DNA from: an uncultured Dorea sp.
GTDB lineage: Bacteria; Bacillota; Clostridia; Lachnospirales; Lachnospiraceae
NCBI GenBank assembly: GCA_910584575.1
Contig: CAJUBG010000003.1
Span: 24,107-88,106, forward strand
Length of the DNA: 64,000 nt
Reading direction: 5' to 3'
The notes beneath the pieces are model-generated. The model made no database searches. It was not told where the DNA came from and saw nothing but the letters and a program-made list of their open reading frames with translations. Within the stretch, counting starts at the first letter, position 1. Every line of letters begins with the position of its first letter. Shown here one piece after another: positions 59,873 to 64,000 of this stretch. A program made the position numbers and the translations under genes.

Positions 59873-60142
59873 ATGCAGATTACAGATGTACGCGTGAGAA
59901 AGGTGGCAAAGGAAGGCAAACTCAAAGCAGTTGTGTCCATTACAATGGACGAGGAGTTTGTAGTACATGATATCAAAGTCATCGAGGGTGAGAAGGGACT
60001 CTTTATCGCTATGCCGAGCAAGAAAGCAGTGGACGGAGAGTATCGAGATATTGCACATCCGATTAACTCAGGAACAAGAGAGCGCATACAGAGTATTATC
60101 CTTGAGAAGTACGAAGAAGCATTGGAGGAAGAGGGCGAGTAA
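59873..60142 (+). CDS. spoVG: Septation regulator SpoVG
   Basis: [10 protein letters not shown]...[11 protein letters not shown]...FIAMPS...DIAHPI. Confidence 0.96.
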   Translation: MQITDVRVRKVAKEGKLKAVVSITMDEEFVVHDIKVIEGEKGLFIAMPSKKAVDGEYRDIAHPINSGTRERIQSIILEKYEEALEEEGE

Positions 60143-60182
60143 GATGCCCTCTTTTTCTGTGGAATTCCTGGGCGGACGCAGT

Positions 60183-60872
60183 TTAGTCGCATAGGTTGAA
60201 GCAAAGGAGTTTACCTGTCTTGGGGTGATAGAAGTCCAGGCGGCAGGCGCTGAGGCAAATATTCCGCCAAAGGGGGGAAGCTGTACAGTCAGGGTTATAC
60301 TTGGTATCTCCGATGATGGGACAGCCAATGTGGGCTAACTGGACGCGAATCTGGTGATGGCGGCCTGTGTCCAGCTTAATTTCCAGCTCGGTCACATTTG
60401 GCAAAGCGGCATACTCCCCAGAGAAGTATCTGTGACTGTCTGGGACAGTTAAGTAACGCAGTCTTGCCAGCTTTGAATCGCGGACCTGCGGGCGGCAGAC
60501 TCGCGACAGGTTGGTACGGGAGTCTTTTACGAGGTAGTGTTCCAGGATGCCTTCCGGCTTTGGGGGACGGCCTTCTACGAGGGCGCGGTAGTATTTCCCG
60601 AAGCCCTTGCCCGTGAGCTGACGGTTTAATTCCCTGGCGGCAAAAGGGGTCTTAGCAAAGACCAGGATTCCGGTTACGGGCTGGTCTAAACGGTGGATGA
60701 CTGCGAGATAAGGCTCGCCCTTGGTGCGGGAGGTCTTGTGAATATGGTTTTTCAAAAGACTAACCATGTCCGGTCTGCCAAGGGTCCGGCTCTGGGTAGC
60801 GATACCGTGTGGCTTAATGCAGACCAGGATATAGTTATCCTCGTATAATATTTCTAAAGCATTGGTTATCAT
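60183..60872 (-). CDS. RluA-family pseudouridine synthase
   Basis: HRLDQPVTG, TGRHHQIRVQL, IIGDTKY. Confidence 0.92.
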   Translation of the reverse strand: MITNALEILYEDNYILVCIKPHGIATQSRTLGRPDMVSLLKNHIHKTSRTKGEPYLAVIHRLDQPVTGILVFAKTPFAARELNRQLTGKGFGKYYRALVEGRPPKPEGILEHYLVKDSRTNLSRVCRPQVRDSKLARLRYLTVPDSHRYFSGEYAALPNVTELEIKLDTGRHHQIRVQLAHIGCPIIGDTKYNPDCTASPLWRNICLSACRLDFYHPKTGKLLCFNLCD

Positions 60873-60962
60873 AATAAGAATTCTCCTTGACTTTCGTTCA
60901 ATCTGCTCTTATCATTTAAACATAGTGTGTGAAAATATGCAAATAAAAATTGGGGATGGGAT

Positions 60963-61934
60963 ATGATGGACTATATACTGTTGATAATCGGATTTGTGCT
61001 GTTAATCAAGGGGGCGGATTATTTTGTGGACGGAAGCTCTAGCGTAGCGCGTCTTTTGAAGGTGCCAACAATCGTGATTGGGCTGACTGTGGTGGCGTTT
61101 GGGACAAGTATGCCGGAATTTTCCGTCAGCGTCACAGCGGCTATGCGGGGGGATAACGACCTTGCTGTGAGCAATGTGCTCGGTTCAAATATTTTTAATC
61201 TATTGGTTGTTCTGGGGTGCTGTGCACTTGTGAATCCGGTTCAGGCAAAATGGTCGTTGCTAAAGAAAGAATTTCCTTTCTCCATATTCGTTTCGATTAT
61301 CCTTCTTCTGCTGAATTCTGATTTTTCTATTACAAAGGTTTTAAGCGGCGGGGGACAGTTCGTCCTTGGAAGATGGGGCGGTATATTGTTTCTTGTATTG
61401 TTTTTAATCTTTATCTATGCAACGGTGAAGGATGCGCTTGCGGCGAGAGACAGGCAGGAGGTAGATGATGCGGATGAGTATAAGGTATTAAGTCCCTTAA
61501 AGAGTGGATTATATATCGGATGCGGCCTTGCCGGAATCGTCCTTGGAGGGAATCTGGTGGTGGACAGCGCCAGTGCGATTGCGGTCCGGTTTGGGCTTAG
61601 CCAGACGTTTATCGGGCTTACCATTGTGGCGCTTGGTACGTCTCTGCCGGAGTTGGTAACGTCTGTCGTGGCGGCAGGCAAGGGTGAGAATGATCTTGCT
61701 GTGGGAAATGTGGTCGGCTCGAACATTTTCAATATTCTTTTGATTCTGGGGGCGTCAGCGACGATTACGCCGATTGTGATGGATGTTACTGCCGTGTATG
61801 ATACGGTGATTTTGATTGGGGCAAGTCTTTTGGTGTATTTGGCGGCGCTCAGTAAACATGAGATACAAAAGAAGGAAGGGGTGATTTTCCTGCTGGCGTA
61901 TGCGGCGTTTTTTGCGTATATATTGGTGCGGTAA
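60963..61934 (+). CDS. Calcium/sodium antiporter (YrbG-like CaCA)
   Basis: Two alpha repeats GTSMPE / GTSLPE, each with GSNIFN. Confidence 0.93.
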   Translation: MMDYILLIIGFVLLIKGADYFVDGSSSVARLLKVPTIVIGLTVVAFGTSMPEFSVSVTAAMRGDNDLAVSNVLGSNIFNLLVVLGCCALVNPVQAKWSLLKKEFPFSIFVSIILLLLNSDFSITKVLSGGGQFVLGRWGGILFLVLFLIFIYATVKDALAARDRQEVDDADEYKVLSPLKSGLYIGCGLAGIVLGGNLVVDSASAIAVRFGLSQTFIGLTIVALGTSLPELVTSVVAAGKGENDLAVGNVVGSNIFNILLILGASATITPIVMDVTAVYDTVILIGASLLVYLAALSKHEIQKKEGVIFLLAYAAFFAYILVR

Positions 61935-61960
61935 TATAAAAAAGAAAGGATATTTCCCCC

Positions 61961-61989
61961 TTGACAAATCTCCCTCCATCCATTAGAAT
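61961..61989 (+). promoter_or_regulatory. SigA promoter of the proS leader
   Basis: TTGACA-N17-TAGAAT. Confidence 0.75.
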
Positions 61990-62042
61990 TACATTCAAAC
62001 TTAAAAACCCCGCTGGCAATGATGGTTGCAGAAGCGGGTTTT

Positions 62043-62288
62043 GGCTGTGAAAAGGAATAGTAGTTGCAGACGTAGTCCCCCAGAGAGAGAATCCATGGCT
62101 GGAAGATTCTTGGATTGACTTGTAACGAACCTACCTTGGAGCCTCTGTGTGAAAATGCAGCGTGACGTCAGCGTTAATGGCGATAAAGAGAGAACTGCGA
62201 AAGGGTCGCAGTTAAATAGGGTGGTACCGCCGAGCTTTTCGGTCCCTTTTATTTGTGATGAGGGAGTCGAAGGTCCGGTGTTTTTTTA
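62043..62288 (+). promoter_or_regulatory. T-box riboswitch (Pro specifier)
   Basis: AGAGAG and GGCTGGAA stem-I motifs, GAA-CCT specifier (CCU = Pro, 62130-62132), T-box AAATAGGGTGGTACCGC (62214-62230), then a terminator with T-run. Confidence 0.9.
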
Positions 62289-62420
62289 GTGTTACGATTA
62301 CCGTGGCCTGGGATGCTTCCGACAGACGAATGTACTCTCAGAGATAAGACCATGAATCTGGGAGTGCCAGAATATGGTGGGGCAAGGGCTCTGCCGGAGA
62401 AGAAAAGGAGAAGGAGAAAC

Positions 62421-63860
62421 ATGGCAAAGGAAAAATTGGTAAAAAATATCACATCACGCGATGAGAATTTCGCTCAGTGGTATACGGATGTGGTACGCGA
62501 GGCAGAGTTGTGTGACTATTCAAGCGTTAAGGGATGTCTGAACTACCTTCCTAACGGATATGCAATCTGGGAATTAATCCAGGCAGATCTTGACAAGAGA
62601 TTTAAAGAGACAGGAGTAGAGAACGTATCCCTTCCGCTGTTGATTCCGGAGGCGCTTTTGGAGAAAGAGGCGGATCATGTAGACGGCTTTGCGCCGGAGG
62701 TGGCATGGGTAACACACGGCGGTATGGAGAGACTTCAGGAGAGACTGTGTATCCGTCCTACGTCAGAGACCTTATTCTGCGATCTGTGGGCAAGAACAGT
62801 AAAGTCATACAGAGATCTTCCGAAGGTATGGAATCAGTGGAATTCAGTGCTTCGTTGGGAGAAGACCACCAGGCCGTTTTTGCGTTCCAGAGAGTTCTTA
62901 TGGCAGGAGGGGCATACCATCCACGCGACCTACGAGGAAGCAGAAGAACGTACCATCCAGATGCTTCACGTATATGAGGATTGCTACAAGGAGACATTAG
63001 CGATTCCGTTTGTATCCGGAAGAAAGGCAGAGCATGAGAAGTTTGCCGGCGCGCAGGATACTTACACTATCGAGGCTTTGATGCACGACGGAAAGGCGTT
63101 GCAGTCTGCAACCAGCCATTTCTTCGGAAGCGGTTTTCCGGATGCATTTGATATTAAATATGTGGATAAGAACAATGAGCTTCAGAGCGTTTATGAGACC
63201 TCCTGGGGATGGTCCACCAGAAGTATCGGCGCGTTGATTATGGTTCACGGTGATGACGACGGGCTGGTACTGCCTCCACATGTAGCGCCTGTTGAGTGTC
63301 GGGTAATTCCGGTTGCACAGCACAAGGAGGGTGTACTCGACAAGGCTTACGCTCTGTTGGACGAACTCAAGAAAGCAGGATACAGAGTGAAGATTGACGA
63401 TTCAGAAAAGAGTCCGGGATGGAAGTTCTCCGAGCAGGAGATGCTTGGTATTCCTACCCGTATCGAGATCGGACCGAAGGATCTTGAGAAGAACCAGGTA
63501 ATTGTGGTACGCCGCGATACCCGCGAGAAGATTGTAGTTTCCATGGATGAGATTGCAGTTAAGCTTCGTGATATCTTAGAGACGATACAGCAGGATATGT
63601 ATGATCGGGCAAATGAATTCCTTCAGGGCCATATCGACACAGCGGTAACTATGGATGAGATGACAGAGAAGTTCAAGAAGAACCGTGGATTTGTAAAAGC
63701 CTGCTGGTGCGGCGATCCGGAGTGTGAAGGCGAAGTGAAGTATGTGACAGGCGGTGCGGCCACCAGATGTCTGATTGAGGATGAGGACATGATTTCAGAC
63801 AAATGTATCTGGTGCGGTAAGCCTGCGAAGCATATGGCGTACTGGGGTAAGTCATACTAA
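62421..63860 (+). CDS. proS: Proline--tRNA ligase (archaeal/eukaryotic type)
   Basis: IRPTSET, RWEKTTRPFLRSREFLWQEGHT, C-terminal Zn-binding Cys residues and terminal SY. Confidence 0.97.
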   Translation: MAKEKLVKNITSRDENFAQWYTDVVREAELCDYSSVKGCLNYLPNGYAIWELIQADLDKRFKETGVENVSLPLLIPEALLEKEADHVDGFAPEVAWVTHGGMERLQERLCIRPTSETLFCDLWARTVKSYRDLPKVWNQWNSVLRWEKTTRPFLRSREFLWQEGHTIHATYEEAEERTIQMLHVYEDCYKETLAIPFVSGRKAEHEKFAGAQDTYTIEALMHDGKALQSATSHFFGSGFPDAFDIKYVDKNNELQSVYETSWGWSTRSIGALIMVHGDDDGLVLPPHVAPVECRVIPVAQHKEGVLDKAYALLDELKKAGYRVKIDDSEKSPGWKFSEQEMLGIPTRIEIGPKDLEKNQVIVVRRDTREKIVVSMDEIAVKLRDILETIQQDMYDRANEFLQGHIDTAVTMDEMTEKFKKNRGFVKACWCGDPECEGEVKYVTGGAATRCLIEDEDMISDKCIWCGKPAKHMAYWGKSY

Positions 63861-63875
63861 TCTAATATTGTTCGG

Positions 63876-63907
63876 AAGGTCAGACGTATGAGGCGTCTGG
63901 CCTTTTT
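63876..63907 (+). terminator. Rho-independent terminator of proS
   Basis: AAGGTCAGACG / CGTCTGGCCTT followed by TTT. Confidence 0.85.
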
Positions 63908-64000
63908 ACAGTAATAATATCATTTTATGAGATAAATCCCACCTCCGATACATACAATAAGAATAAGCTATATATGAAAATGAGGACATCGTGTGAAATT

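Noticed and set aside
62289..62420. N-terminal extension of ProS in the ORF track
   Set aside because: Falls in the T-box leader; the strong RBS precedes ATG at 62421.

Overview
This is a chromosomal window of a low-GC Gram-positive bacterium. Gene content (spoVG, glgC/glgD, DnaD-domain operon, T-box proS, LPXTG proteins) points to Clostridia, probably Lachnospiraceae; this is an inference. Bases ~2.9-36 kb form an accessory region. It holds three paralogous 1437-1568 aa LPKTG-anchored surface proteins, a DUF3990-like/HTH pair, an Rpn-family PD-(D/E)XK nuclease gene, three AAA-ATPase/PD-(D/E)XK-type genes (one broken), and a Wadjet-like jetD-jetA-jetB-jetC operon with two extra genes inside it. 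Bases ~36-64 kb are mostly housekeeping (ABC exporter, GH36 alpha-galactosidase, flavodiiron protein, asnS, two-component system, SbcCD/YhaON-like pair, prs, dnaD/dnaC-like, murC, glgCD, spoVG, proS). The most striking structure involves two of the surface-protein genes (4645-9306 + and 12613-17319 -). They are convergent and diverged in the middle, but share a perfect 83-bp inverted repeat over leader, RBS and first codons, plus a near-identical 512-bp 3' end. A clear sigma70-type promoter lies outside the repeat only at the second copy, and the third paralog keeps a 23/26 copy of the repeat's outer edge. This fits an inversion-based switch between expressed and silent surface proteins. All product calls come from motif recognition, not database searches.
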